This document shows, piece after piece, positions 19,883-30,990 of a stretch of DNA of 64,000 nt; the stretch's first letter is position 1, and the number at the start of each line of letters is the position of its first letter. The position numbers and the translations under genes are program-made. The notes below the pieces were generated by a model, which made no database searches, had not been told where the DNA came from, and saw only the letters and a list, made by a program, of their open reading frames with translations. The stretch lies in the IMG/VR virus record IMGVR_UViG_3300030329_003010; one strand, written 5' to 3'. This DNA is from an uncultured virus (IMG/VR IMGVR_UViG_3300030329_003010) (Duplodnaviria > Heunggongvirae > Uroviricota > Caudoviricetes).

Positions 19883-22674
19883 TTGAACTTTTCGGGATTA
19901 TTCCGTCGTGGTTTATCGCAATTGTTTTTGCGGCTACGCTAGTCGTAAATCGCGCTGGTGCATCTAAGATTTTCTTCGATGTGGTTGGTACTTTTCAAGC
20001 CAATCGGCTTATCATGGATGCAGATACGGCATTTACTACTTTTCAAGCATTAGGTATGGATGCGTTTTCGGGCATAGAAGAAGCCGCCATGATGCTTAAT
20101 GAACAAATACAAGCGATAGTTGATGCTACTGTTCCTCTTTCCCGTGAAATCGCTGCCGCTAGAATTGAATTCGATAAGTTTATTAGTGATGCTAAACAGG
20201 CTGATTTAGGAAACGAGATTAAAGATATTGGTGTCCAGTTTGGTTTTACTGGCGACCAAGCACTCCGAGCCGGTGCTAAGATGGCGCAGTTATCCGGTAT
20301 TCTTGGCGAAGAATCAGTACCCGCCGCTACTGAAATGAGTTTAGCGTTTGGAATGATTGGTGAAATGGAGTCAGAACAGGCCATGCAAAGACTAATCAAC
20401 TTACATCAGCAGACAGGTTTTATGCTACGCGGTACTACACAAGCACAATTTGATGCTATGAGCGCACAAGAAAAAGCAAATCAAATTCGTGTTGCATCTA
20501 TCGCTACACTCAACGAACTGAACGCAGTTGAAGACCATTCGGCTGCTAACATGGAAAGGATTACTTTCGTCATGAACCAGTTTGCATCACAGGCTCATTT
20601 GACGGGTGAAAGTATTGCATCTATGGCCGCTATGTCTGCTACCTTAATTGAGGCAGGTGAAGAACAGGGTAAGGCCGGTCGTGCGCTTCGTATGATTTAC
20701 GCTCGACTAGGTGCTGATACTAACGGCGCGGCTTCTGAATTAGAGGCATTAGGTATTGCTACTAGAAAGGCAGACGGAACTCTAAGACCTCTTAGTGATA
20801 TTCTAGTGGATTTGGATAAAAACACAGTAAATTTATCAAAGGCAGAACGACAAAGAATAGCGCAGACTGTTGCGGGTAATAACCACTATGTTCGTATGCT
20901 CAAATTGATGGAGAATACAGATAGAGTAATAGCATTAACAGGAGAAGCGGCTGGTAATACCGCTCCAATTGTAGATATATTAAATGATAGATTTGACGAT
21001 ATGTCTGTCCAATTAACTCAAGCCGAAACCGCTTTGAACAATGTTCGCGCAGAAATAGGCGATGAATTATTACCAGTTGTAACCGAGGCTACTGAAATGC
21101 AGGTTGCTTTTAATGAAGCCTATTTAGGTCTTTTACAGGCCCCCGGATTAGGAGATTTTCTTCAAAAGTTTATTGCTTTTCAACAAGTAGTCGATAAAAC
21201 TCTCGGCCCTATGTTTTCTATGTTCCTAAACATAAAGCAAATGAATCTTGCTTTGATGACGGCGGTTCAAGTTGCCCGCGCTCTTAACGGAACACAAGTC
21301 GCTGGCTTTTCTAAAATGGAGAGAAGAACACAATTAGAAAGACAGTTGGTTAAGTTAAAAGAAATAGGAAATCTAAAGGAGCGACAAACTAATATAAACT
21401 TAACTGCTGCTAATACGTTAATAGAAAATCAAATATCGGCGGCTAGAGAAAAGGCAATTATAGAAAGATATAGTACACAAGAAGGTAAAAAAGAGTTACA
21501 AACTGATTTACATATAACTAAAATGTTGAAAGATAGAGTTACATTTTTACAGAACGAACTTAAAGGGCATCAAGCAAAAATAAAAGTCAAAGAAATAGAA
21601 ATAGGTATGAGTTTTAAAGAACTGGCCATGCAAAGATTTAAGAATGGCCAAATAAAAACCGAAGGTGGTATTCAGAACAGTATTAATGGGATGATGGTTC
21701 AGGCTATCGGGATGGGTACAAAAAAACTTGAGCAGATGGAACAGGAATTAAAATTAGGATTACATCATCTTAACACTCTTGGTAAAGAGGCTCTTTTTAT
21801 GGATATGATAAACAAGGAGGGTGCAGAAAGGGTTGCTAATGCTGCGCGTGTTAAACAACTTGAACAAGAAATATTAGGTATAAACAGAATGTATGATTTC
21901 TCCGCTCAACAAAAAATGAGTAATTCACTTATGGCGGTACAGATAGGGGCTATGGGTGTATCTATGGCCTTCGGAATGTTAGGAGATACGTTAGGAGGTA
22001 AATTCATCAACAAACAAGAGGCTGCACAAATTTCTATGGTAATGATGACTATGAGCATGGCTTTACTAATTCCCGAAATGTTCATGATGACTTCAAGTAT
22101 GGCGACATTAGCATCAACTTCAACACTGGCGGCGGGAGCGAATGAAAAACTTGCTGGCTCAAATATGCTAGTTACTAATACTGCTAATGCTGCTGGAAAT
22201 GCTACAAGGGGTATGTATCTCAAAGCAGGTATAGCGGGCGTTGTTATGTTAGGACTTTCTATCGCAATAGTTAAAGCGGCTAATCATTTTGGTTTGTTTG
22301 AAGATACTTTGGATAGTTTTGATTGGGAGGGTATAGCGGAGGATGCGTCAGAAGCATCACAGTTAATGCTTGATGATATTACCGCCCAACAAGAAGGTGT
22401 TTTGGGTCTTATTGATACATATAATGAGGCTGGAGAAGCCGTACAAAAGTTCGGTAGTACTAGAGAAGAGTTGTTCTTTGGATTTAAGGCCGGTAATGTT
22501 ACTGGTGATTTGGTAAAGCAGGTTCAGCAACAGGGTGTTGAGAACTTTGTAGCGAATACAGAAATAATTATGACCAACAACTTTAACGGTATGACTACCG
22601 ATGAAGTAGCAGACACAATAATTGAAAAGATAAATGAAAGAGCGGCGTTAGAAAACATTGGTGTGAGTGGATAG
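19879..22674 (+). CDS. Tape measure protein
   Basis: 931-aa helical Ala-rich protein; TP901-type core (AGRALRMIYARL, LRPLSDIL); hydrophobic segments. Confidence 0.88.
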   Translation: MIELFGIIPSWFIAIVFAATLVVNRAGASKIFFDVVGTFQANRLIMDADTAFTTFQALGMDAFSGIEEAAMMLNEQIQAIVDATVPLSREIAAARIEFDKFISDAKQADLGNEIKDIGVQFGFTGDQALRAGAKMAQLSGILGEESVPAATEMSLAFGMIGEMESEQAMQRLINLHQQTGFMLRGTTQAQFDAMSAQEKANQIRVASIATLNELNAVEDHSAANMERITFVMNQFASQAHLTGESIASMAAMSATLIEAGEEQGKAGRALRMIYARLGADTNGAASELEALGIATRKADGTLRPLSDILVDLDKNTVNLSKAERQRIAQTVAGNNHYVRMLKLMENTDRVIALTGEAAGNTAPIVDILNDRFDDMSVQLTQAETALNNVRAEIGDELLPVVTEATEMQVAFNEAYLGLLQAPGLGDFLQKFIAFQQVVDKTLGPMFSMFLNIKQMNLALMTAVQVARALNGTQVAGFSKMERRTQLERQLVKLKEIGNLKERQTNINLTAANTLIENQISAAREKAIIERYSTQEGKKELQTDLHITKMLKDRVTFLQNELKGHQAKIKVKEIEIGMSFKELAMQRFKNGQIKTEGGIQNSINGMMVQAIGMGTKKLEQMEQELKLGLHHLNTLGKEALFMDMINKEGAERVANAARVKQLEQEILGINRMYDFSAQQKMSNSLMAVQIGAMGVSMAFGMLGDTLGGKFINKQEAAQISMVMMTMSMALLIPEMFMMTSSMATLASTSTLAAGANEKLAGSNMLVTNTANAAGNATRGMYLKAGIAGVVMLGLSIAIVKAANHFGLFEDTLDSFDWEGIAEDASEASQLMLDDITAQQEGVLGLIDTYNEAGEAVQKFGSTREELFFGFKAGNVTGDLVKQVQQQGVENFVANTEIIMTNNFNGMTTDEVADTIIEKINERAALENIGVSG

Positions 22675-25600
22675 TGAAATGGTTAGAGCGACAACATTAG
22701 ATTATCAGTTTCTTTTGGCTGGTTATTACGATGACTTTAATGGTGCTAGAGTAATACCAAACGATGATAACAGACCTAGTTTAAGTGCTGATTACGACCA
22801 CACTAAAACACACTATGGTAATCCTCTAAACGGGGAGGCAACAACCAATACTCGCTATCGCTGGTCTTATGCCGATAGAGCGCAACTAGGCTCTAATTTA
22901 GTTGCTTCTGCATCCGATAAATTCCTAAAAAACACTAGCCCCGCAGAATGGCTTACTTTCGACGTTATGAGACAGAAGGCGGATAAATGGGAAGGCCGCG
23001 CCCAATTACAATATCCCGATTCAAACACTAACGCAAACAAATATGAATTTGGACAGGCTGGTACAGAAGGCTACATTTCTTTCTGTAACGGACATGATAC
23101 TGCTGGCTCTTATACTGTACCAACAGGTGATAACGATGCTTCTCAAGGTAGAGCGACCCGTTCTCCTTATACCATAGTAAATTATGATGCCGGTAGCACA
23201 ACAGCACAAGCAACTTCGGGTAGCACCGCTACCGCATACGGTAGTAACGGAGGTAATTTTATACAGACTACTCATTTAACCGGATGTTGGATGGGAGAAA
23301 GAAATTATGATTTTAACCATTTTACAACTCCCCATCCCGATGCTACTGAAAACCCCGAACTTCTTTATACCCCCCACAGGTCGCCCGGAGGAAAACCGTT
23401 TCTTTGTATTGAGGCTAGACATTTAACTGATACAGGTTATATCGTATCTTCTGTACCTAGACCCGCTATCGCTTATGACGCTCTTTTGAATAGCAAACAA
23501 GATAATGATACGTTTGGTATTAGATTCGCAATACAGTCTCTCAAAGGCACATCTACGTCAGCAGATGGTAATGCACCTAAAATGGTAATACACATAGGTT
23601 TCCCTTCGGGCAAAAGTGTTGATGGTGAAAAGGGTTTTGATACAAACGCTAATACTGCTGCTATCGAATGGAATATTGATTTAGGAGCCGCAACAGCAGC
23701 GAACAATGGATTAGGAGGAACCTATGATTATACAAACACAATGACCTCATGGGATGGGTCCGCTTATGATGCCTCCTCTCTATGGATAGATTTAGAGTTT
23801 GTAATAGATTACACCAACAACAGATATACAGTGTATAGAGATGGTACTGCGATTAAAAACACTAGCGGAACAGATGGGCCTTTTACTATGAATAACAATT
23901 CAGAAACCTCTTCCGCCTTTACTCCTAGTCAAATGAGAGGTTATCAAATAGAAACGATGCCTCAATCTAGTGCTACAAACAGTATATTTACTCTTATGTT
24001 AGATAGAGTAGGTTTGTATCAATCTCTAAGTGAGAGAGCAGACGGAACGCAAATGCCGCCAATTGATAGTATGCAAATAAATTCGCCTGTAAATGGCGTA
24101 TCTACTATGGTGTTGAAAATTGCAGATGACCCCGGAATGAATACATCCACTGGCGCAGTTGGGCTTAGGGACCAAGACTATACTCATTTCCTCAATAGTA
24201 TTTTTAGAGGAGAAGTGAATGATTGGAGTCTGTTGTTATTTCATCAGAACTTAAACCGGCCTCTTTGGTGGGGATTATTAGAAGGAATGAATATCAAACA
24301 GGGTCCAAAAACAAGAATGCTGACTTTACGAGCGCGTGACCCCTTATCTCTATTAGAAAGACAAGTTCCTCTTTGGGAGTTAGGACAAGGGGCTGCAAAT
24401 GATAGCGAAGAAGGAACTACATACTGGACTCAAGAATCTCAAACCTTTAATACCGCATTTTATTTAGGTGCTAGTTCATTAAGAACATTAAGGCCGACAA
24501 TTGGGTTACATAAGGATGATTCTTATGTTGTTCGTACTGACCAAAGAACTCAAGTTTTGTCGGGACATCCTATCCAAATGTACAATAATGAAGATACTGA
24601 CGGGCCTAACAACATAGAAGATGATTACGCAGGGGTAGCGGCTATTGGGTTTTCACAAGTTGTTAGTTCGGGAGATACAAGAGTTTTTCTTAGAGGCAAT
24701 CCGGGTTATACAACATCAAGTTCTATTACAATAACTGGTACTGCTAATCACAATTGTTCTAGTAAAACTCCTCAAGCGGTAGGCACATGGACACAAGACG
24801 GGGAAACATATCAGTATTTAGATTTTGATGCGGGGGATTTACCATATGTTCAAGATGCTAACACAAAATACGTTTATGCTGGAAAATACCTTTGGAATGG
24901 GGTATCAGTAGCGGCTACCGGTAACGCTTCTCAATTAAATACTTACTCTTTCATATTCTTTGGCGACCCAAATCTTAGTGTAGGCGACGTTTTTACTATT
25001 CCCGAAACTACGGCTCTAAATCACGCTGATATAGATGATAAAGTACATACTGTAACGTCTATTTCCAAACACAATAATTATTATGAAAGAACAATACAAT
25101 TATATTATTACACAACCATGACTCGACCCGGTTATGTTAAACCGACCATAGGAGTACCGGGTTTCAAATTAGATTTAGGTAGTGATTCTTATGTTAATTT
25201 AGATAGTAATAATATACCGATAGATGGTTGTGATTTGTATGTCGTAACTACCGATACTCCTTACACATCCTCAACCAATGAATACGGTTCCTTTACTAAT
25301 TTTGCGGCTACCGATTTTATTAATGGGTCGTTAAGTATTGGTGATACCAGTATTACTCTCGATAGTTCAAGCGGCTTCAACTCCTCCGGCTCTCATGCTA
25401 AACCAGCAACCATTAGTTTTGCGCCTATAACTTATTCATATAGTGGTTTTGCATCTAAAATAGATTTTGTAACCTATACTGGTATTTCTACCAACGATTT
25501 GACTGGAGTACCATCATCATCAGAAAACTCAATAAACCATAATCATTTCGATGGAACCATAGGTAGTGTTAATAGAACACAAACAGTTTCGCAACCCGGA

Positions 25601-28600
25601 TGGTTATATGGTAATGAACGAGGTATAATTTCTACCGATTCCGGCATCGTTACCCCACTACCCACATCCGTAACAGATATTTCTACACGCGCTTCTCACG
25701 CAGTATGGATGAGAGATTTACCTAAATCCTTGTGGTTCCAATACCATTTCGGTAAAATGTTAGGTAATGATGAATTAGTTTTAGGTGCTACTTACAAGGC
25801 TGGTACTACTGGTGGGTCGGTAGCAGTTGGGGCAAATATAGTGCAAATTTCAAGCACACTATACAATGCTATACCTAATTCGGGGGTAGCACAATTAGGA
25901 ACTACTATTAGTGGCTCCGGTTATCTTAATTCTGTAAAAGACCAAGTAGATAAGATGGATTTAGATACATTTATCTATCGAGGGAAAGCAACAAGTGGAG
26001 GTGCTTACTACCTAATAGGTTGTTCTTATATCAGTAAAGCGCATGATAGCGCATCCTTCATAGGTGTTGCTGATATTAGTAATGATTACAAACACTGTTG
26101 GCTTTTGTGGGCAGATATGAGAAATGATGGTACTGCTGATGCTGACGGTGGATATAGAAAAAGAGATTTTGGTATTATAGAGCCTACCGTAGAAAATTAC
26201 GAAGTAGATTTGTTTTATGCTGACCAAGTAGATGAAAACGGTAATCCTGTTGTATTCACAGACTTAAAATTAAGTGAAGATGTTGACCTTTGGGAAATAA
26301 ATTCACAAAGCGACCCATCGACAGGAGGCGCATGGTCTAAACCTGCCGATTATTCAACAGGCGCGGCTGCAACCTTAGCAGATGCTTCGGGGGCAGTACG
26401 TCTTACAGTTAGTTCGGGTCATGGAGTAGCCGCTAACGATTATATCCATATTTTTAATAGTGATTTTCATGATGGTGTTTATGAAGTTGCTTCTGTAACT
26501 TCTACTACAATAACATTAGGTGCTGGTACTTTCATAAGCGCAGATAACGGACATGGTGCGCCGGGTGTATTCTATTGTAAAGTAACAGGTAGTGAAACGG
26601 AAACAGATACAGATTTTCACGATTGGGAAAACAAGGCTGGTGCGTTTTTAGTGGTAGATTCCTCTAAATTTTTCAATCTTAACACGACTGTAAATAACGG
26701 TAGAATGTATAAAAAAGTAGGAGGTAGAACAAGTCTAGGTGACTATGTTTCTACTAGAGAAGGTTTTCCTACTTTGATAGATAATTATTGGAGACAGGCT
26801 ATGGCTACGTTTCAAACAGTGGACCCGCCTTATGGAACGCACCCGAATTTTGCCTATTTCGTTTCCGATACATCTAGCGCAGATAATTCCATAAATGCTG
26901 GCGATAGACATATTAGATTACAAGATGGCTCTTTGTTTCCTAGAAACGGCGTAGGTAGAGTTATAGGAACAAAGGGAGATAATGTTGTAAGTAATTACAT
27001 TTTGTGGGAGGATAGAGTGAAAGATGCTCATACAGGTACGGTTACTTCTAATTCATCAAGTGCTAGAACTTATACATTAACAGATAGTTCTGCTGATTTT
27101 TCAGCACTTGAAAATATGCTTGATAACGAACAATACCCCTTTATCATAAATACTACGACCGGAGAGACAAGTATGGTAGTCGAATACACTAGCAGTACAG
27201 TTATTAAAATTGCTAGAGACACTTACACCCACACTACTTTACCTATTCAAGACTTAAACGATTATCCGAATATTTCCGGCTGGACATCAATTGCTAATGG
27301 TAACGCTTATGTTATCCCGGACCAATTAGTTAGTGTGTTTGGTACATCGCTAAGTAATGTAAGTAATATCGCAACTTTCACATATTCTGAATTAGAAAGA
27401 GAGATACAAAAAGAATACATAAACGCTACTTTAACTGCGAATACTAACACAACAAGCGGTGCGACAACTTACACAAGTACGATACCCAACATTAGATTTA
27501 CTATGCGCTCTACCGGAGCGACTGGTACTACGGCTGCTAATGAGTATGAAACTTTAGGTGTAACAAATAGTGTGATTTCTCCTTATTCTTTACGTTTGAT
27601 GATGAGAATACGCGGCTTTGTGGAAAGTCCGAATATGGGTACATATTACGAAAGCGACAAAATGAGAATGTTATGGAACGCTGCTTTGATGAAAACATGG
27701 TTGCCTAGAACTAGACTATCTTGTATTCACGATATAAACAATGTTCCCAATACAACTAAAATGACTATTGATGGTACGACGAATGATGATGCTCAAGATG
27801 ATTTCGGCTCCGTGTATGATTCTAGGTCTAAAACACTATTAGGTACTATGAAAGGAATACATCAGGCTAGTGGTTTAGGTAGGACTACTAATATTACTAC
27901 TAATTTTGGTTTTCTTTGTGGTAGAGATGGAAGGATAGAATTCAGACCTCGTTATAATTCCGGCTTCCTTTTCGATAGAACCAACTTAATGATTAGTGAT
28001 ATGAAAAGCGATATGGGGGGTCAAGTTACTCATGTTCGTGTTTATTACAAGAACGGCAGGTCTTTTGCTGACTTCCCCACACCTTCTCTTTCAGATACAA
28101 CTCGTTGGAAAATACTTGAGCATCCAACCGTTATTAATCATAGAGAGGCAGAAGCAATAGCGAAAGCAGAATATAGAAAATCTAAAAATACTAGACTTTC
28201 TATAACTGCTGAAACGATAAGGACAAGTACCCAAACTGATAAAATGCTTAGTGGTGGTAGGTTCGGTTACATAGCAGATACTCAAAGAACATTAGACCAC
28301 AAAGTAGGAGGGGGTATATACGACCCATTCCATATTTCTTTAGGCTTTTCACCTTTCCCCGGAATGGTAAATGCTATGGATGGAAACCTAAAAGATGTTG
28401 TGACCACAGGAGATTTATCAAATAGATATGGTCAAGCGGCTCCATATACCGCCATAGGAACTTCGGGTACGCCCGCTAGAACTGCTTACAATGAGCATTA
28501 TTATTCTTATGGTGCTAACAGTTTAGCATACGCTTTACAAGTAGTTCATATTCCTCAAGATATGCCTCTTAAAAGCGATACAAGTAATAATGAATTAAGA

Positions 28601-30151
28601 GTGTTTGTTGTGCTAAAAGACCAATCGGGAACTGATATAGACAACGCTGAATTCTTACTTATGGTAGCAGATTACAATTTTAGTAATTCAACTACTTCTA
28701 ACGGCGGTGGTAGTTCTCCGGCAGCAGCGTTAGCGCCTAGTTTGGCCGGTTCAGAAGCAAATGCTACTTCTCATGTGGTTGCTAAAAATAGTGGTTTCTA
28801 TCAAATACGAGTTCCACAAACATATTCAAACACGTTATATACTGCTAGCGCACAGATGGTAGTTTCTTTCAACGCAGAATATTGTCGCGCACTTCTAAGA
28901 CATAGATGTGGCGACCCATCCGGGTCTAACGTATTGAGTAACGCTCATACTTTAACAGGTATTTCATCCGCACCATACACGGCAGCAAACGCAAATAGTC
29001 TTTTCCCTCTAGGTGTAAGAAAATATAGTGAGTTTGGAGACTTTGCTTATGGTCGTAGCGAATGGTATGCGCCAAGACTTCATGTAGTACCCGATGTTAA
29101 TTATGTTCCCGGAAGTTACGCTTCTTATACAGATAAGGCTTTAGAATTAAATGAAGAAACTATGGTGATACAAAACGTAGGTTGGTCTGTTAAAGGCAGC
29201 AATACTGAAAAAGTTACTTTGAGATTAGAAAGAGATTTGAATTTAGGTCCGGGCGGGTTTTTACCGTATATTTCTACTATGGGCATAAGCCCTAGAACTG
29301 GTGGCGGCGGAGGAAATTCCGGCGGGCCTCAACCTACTCCATATCCCGACACTAATGGGCCGGGTGATGGTGCTGGTGGTTATGGAGGGTCATATCCCGG
29401 CCTAGACCCACTACCGGGCAATAACCCAAGACCCGGATTACCTAGTGGTGGTTTAAGCCCTTCATCTCGTTCGCCCGGAGGTAATCACTCTCCCTCTACT
29501 GGTGTTAATAATTTAACTAGCGCAGCATATGGTAACATAAAAGGTCGCATGGCGTTAGATAACGACGCATTTAGCGGACAGTCCTCTTTCTCAATACTCG
29601 GACAGAAAAGACCTTCGCCATTACCATCTATGATGACTCCCGCCAATTCTAGTGGTTTGGATAAAATACAGCCTTCATTTGGCGCGGCTACAAAAACAGA
29701 TGGAGATGTTACTTTACCGGGTATAGGAAATTCTGATAATACCGGCGACCACTCAAGCGGTCTTGTTGCTTCTGCAACCGTACCTGTTAATACTGTATCT
29801 TCTAAACTAAATGTCTCTTGTGTAATCTCATGCGCTCCTCAAAGTATTGATTCACAACAAGGAGTATTAGAAGTTAGAGTAAGGTGTTTAGAAACAGATG
29901 TAGAAATATCAAATAGTATTGTTGTACCTACCGGCACTTCAAAGAAAACTTTTGAACTGTTACCCACAGATATATTAGACGGCGCATCAACAGCAGGTAA
30001 TAATATCGAAGTAAGGGTAAGTAGAAGGCCGAATACGACAGAAGATACTGCTGTTTATAATTCTATTAAAATACATTCAATAGATGTGTTGTTTGACCAA
30101 TCAGCATTTAACGCTCCGAGTCTAGGAAAAGAATTTAGTTCGTTTTCGTGA
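22667..30151 (+). CDS. Giant tail tip / baseplate-receptor-binding protein (2494 aa)
   Basis: Follows the tape measure; Thr/Ser/Gly-rich beta domains; hub-like segments; Gly/Pro linker near the C-terminus. Confidence 0.75.
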   Translation: MDSEMVRATTLDYQFLLAGYYDDFNGARVIPNDDNRPSLSADYDHTKTHYGNPLNGEATTNTRYRWSYADRAQLGSNLVASASDKFLKNTSPAEWLTFDVMRQKADKWEGRAQLQYPDSNTNANKYEFGQAGTEGYISFCNGHDTAGSYTVPTGDNDASQGRATRSPYTIVNYDAGSTTAQATSGSTATAYGSNGGNFIQTTHLTGCWMGERNYDFNHFTTPHPDATENPELLYTPHRSPGGKPFLCIEARHLTDTGYIVSSVPRPAIAYDALLNSKQDNDTFGIRFAIQSLKGTSTSADGNAPKMVIHIGFPSGKSVDGEKGFDTNANTAAIEWNIDLGAATAANNGLGGTYDYTNTMTSWDGSAYDASSLWIDLEFVIDYTNNRYTVYRDGTAIKNTSGTDGPFTMNNNSETSSAFTPSQMRGYQIETMPQSSATNSIFTLMLDRVGLYQSLSERADGTQMPPIDSMQINSPVNGVSTMVLKIADDPGMNTSTGAVGLRDQDYTHFLNSIFRGEVNDWSLLLFHQNLNRPLWWGLLEGMNIKQGPKTRMLTLRARDPLSLLERQVPLWELGQGAANDSEEGTTYWTQESQTFNTAFYLGASSLRTLRPTIGLHKDDSYVVRTDQRTQVLSGHPIQMYNNEDTDGPNNIEDDYAGVAAIGFSQVVSSGDTRVFLRGNPGYTTSSSITITGTANHNCSSKTPQAVGTWTQDGETYQYLDFDAGDLPYVQDANTKYVYAGKYLWNGVSVAATGNASQLNTYSFIFFGDPNLSVGDVFTIPETTALNHADIDDKVHTVTSISKHNNYYERTIQLYYYTTMTRPGYVKPTIGVPGFKLDLGSDSYVNLDSNNIPIDGCDLYVVTTDTPYTSSTNEYGSFTNFAATDFINGSLSIGDTSITLDSSSGFNSSGSHAKPATISFAPITYSYSGFASKIDFVTYTGISTNDLTGVPSSSENSINHNHFDGTIGSVNRTQTVSQPGWLYGNERGIISTDSGIVTPLPTSVTDISTRASHAVWMRDLPKSLWFQYHFGKMLGNDELVLGATYKAGTTGGSVAVGANIVQISSTLYNAIPNSGVAQLGTTISGSGYLNSVKDQVDKMDLDTFIYRGKATSGGAYYLIGCSYISKAHDSASFIGVADISNDYKHCWLLWADMRNDGTADADGGYRKRDFGIIEPTVENYEVDLFYADQVDENGNPVVFTDLKLSEDVDLWEINSQSDPSTGGAWSKPADYSTGAAATLADASGAVRLTVSSGHGVAANDYIHIFNSDFHDGVYEVASVTSTTITLGAGTFISADNGHGAPGVFYCKVTGSETETDTDFHDWENKAGAFLVVDSSKFFNLNTTVNNGRMYKKVGGRTSLGDYVSTREGFPTLIDNYWRQAMATFQTVDPPYGTHPNFAYFVSDTSSADNSINAGDRHIRLQDGSLFPRNGVGRVIGTKGDNVVSNYILWEDRVKDAHTGTVTSNSSSARTYTLTDSSADFSALENMLDNEQYPFIINTTTGETSMVVEYTSSTVIKIARDTYTHTTLPIQDLNDYPNISGWTSIANGNAYVIPDQLVSVFGTSLSNVSNIATFTYSELEREIQKEYINATLTANTNTTSGATTYTSTIPNIRFTMRSTGATGTTAANEYETLGVTNSVISPYSLRLMMRIRGFVESPNMGTYYESDKMRMLWNAALMKTWLPRTRLSCIHDINNVPNTTKMTIDGTTNDDAQDDFGSVYDSRSKTLLGTMKGIHQASGLGRTTNITTNFGFLCGRDGRIEFRPRYNSGFLFDRTNLMISDMKSDMGGQVTHVRVYYKNGRSFADFPTPSLSDTTRWKILEHPTVINHREAEAIAKAEYRKSKNTRLSITAETIRTSTQTDKMLSGGRFGYIADTQRTLDHKVGGGIYDPFHISLGFSPFPGMVNAMDGNLKDVVTTGDLSNRYGQAAPYTAIGTSGTPARTAYNEHYYSYGANSLAYALQVVHIPQDMPLKSDTSNNELRVFVVLKDQSGTDIDNAEFLLMVADYNFSNSTTSNGGGSSPAAALAPSLAGSEANATSHVVAKNSGFYQIRVPQTYSNTLYTASAQMVVSFNAEYCRALLRHRCGDPSGSNVLSNAHTLTGISSAPYTAANANSLFPLGVRKYSEFGDFAYGRSEWYAPRLHVVPDVNYVPGSYASYTDKALELNEETMVIQNVGWSVKGSNTEKVTLRLERDLNLGPGGFLPYISTMGISPRTGGGGGNSGGPQPTPYPDTNGPGDGAGGYGGSYPGLDPLPGNNPRPGLPSGGLSPSSRSPGGNHSPSTGVNNLTSAAYGNIKGRMALDNDAFSGQSSFSILGQKRPSPLPSMMTPANSSGLDKIQPSFGAATKTDGDVTLPGIGNSDNTGDHSSGLVASATVPVNTVSSKLNVSCVISCAPQSIDSQQGVLEVRVRCLETDVEISNSIVVPTGTSKKTFELLPTDILDGASTAGNNIEVRVSRRPNTTEDTAVYNSIKIHSIDVLFDQSAFNAPSLGKEFSSFS

Positions 30152-30857
30152 TTGGGTCACGCAACGATAATATTCTTCGGGCTTTTTCTCTACCGATTCC
30201 GGGAATCTCCATTAATTGTTTCTGCGAAGTTTTACTATTCAGAAGTTTAGGGATTGTTACAAATTTATCCATGACTTGTTCTGCTAGGTGTGGTGTAATC
30301 CCTTGTATAGATGATAACGCCTTGATAGGAGCCTCTAGGTTATCCGTCTGCGCTACCTTTACTGATTTGGGTACATTACCTAGCCTGTCGGTAATTAGAT
30401 GGTTTGTATGCGTAGTCATAATGAAATCTATGAACTCTTCCATCGTTAAGAATTGCATGAATTTAATATTAGGAAATCGAGAATAAAATGATACCTTGAA
30501 AGATTTTATTACTGACCTCATCTTACCCATTTCTTTAGCAACGGATTGAGCCGAGGGTCTGCCGCCCGGAACCCACGGCTTTAGTTTGGTCCCATATACT
30601 ACAAGCATAGGATTCTCAAACGCTTCTTCTAAATCACGCAATTGCGCTACAATAGTTCTAGTTCTCCCTATACCTAGTATTGAGCGGTACAAATCATTTA
30701 TTTCTTTGGCTTCTATCCCTATATCTCCTATGATATAATCAGCCGAGTCTAAACGGGCTACTTTTGCTATGCCGTTAGAAGAGTGGTTAGCATCTCCTCC
30801 GCGCATAAGCATTTTATGTATGACCTTTTCGTTCTCTCGGTCATCTATCAGAATCAT
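30135..30857 (-). CDS. ERCC4/XPF-family nuclease with C-terminal (HhH)2
   Basis: IDDRE, DYII, IEAKEINDL nuclease motifs; IQGIT and IPGIG HhH motifs. Confidence 0.88.
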   Translation of the reverse strand: MILIDDRENEKVIHKMLMRGGDANHSSNGIAKVARLDSADYIIGDIGIEAKEINDLYRSILGIGRTRTIVAQLRDLEEAFENPMLVVYGTKLKPWVPGGRPSAQSVAKEMGKMRSVIKSFKVSFYSRFPNIKFMQFLTMEEFIDFIMTTHTNHLITDRLGNVPKSVKVAQTDNLEAPIKALSSIQGITPHLAEQVMDKFVTIPKLLNSKTSQKQLMEIPGIGREKARRILSLRDPITKTN

Positions 30858-30990
30858 GGGCTACGATTAACGATTCCCCTTTATTAAATAAACCCATGTA
30901 TCTTCTACAATCATCACAAAAACGAACCTTTATTGTTGGAGAGTTATCAAACATACATTCAAAATAACCCCAACACGCTTCGCATCTCAT
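30841..30990 (-). CDS. 49-aa Zn-finger microprotein (CEAC...CDDC)
   Basis: Hand translation; coupled to the primase stop. Confidence 0.5.
   Translation of the reverse strand: MRCEACWGYFECMFDNSPTIKVRFCDDCRRYMGLFNKGESLIVAHDSDR

Noticed and set aside
29290..29500. Gly/Pro-rich stretch in the giant tail protein as a collagen-like repeat
   Set aside because: No sustained G-X-Y periodicity; better read as a flexible linker
437..30486. Numerous 60-150 aa antisense or alternate-frame ORFs within large structural and packaging genes
   Set aside because: Shadow ORFs without RBS or recognisable motifs, fully overlapping well-supported genes
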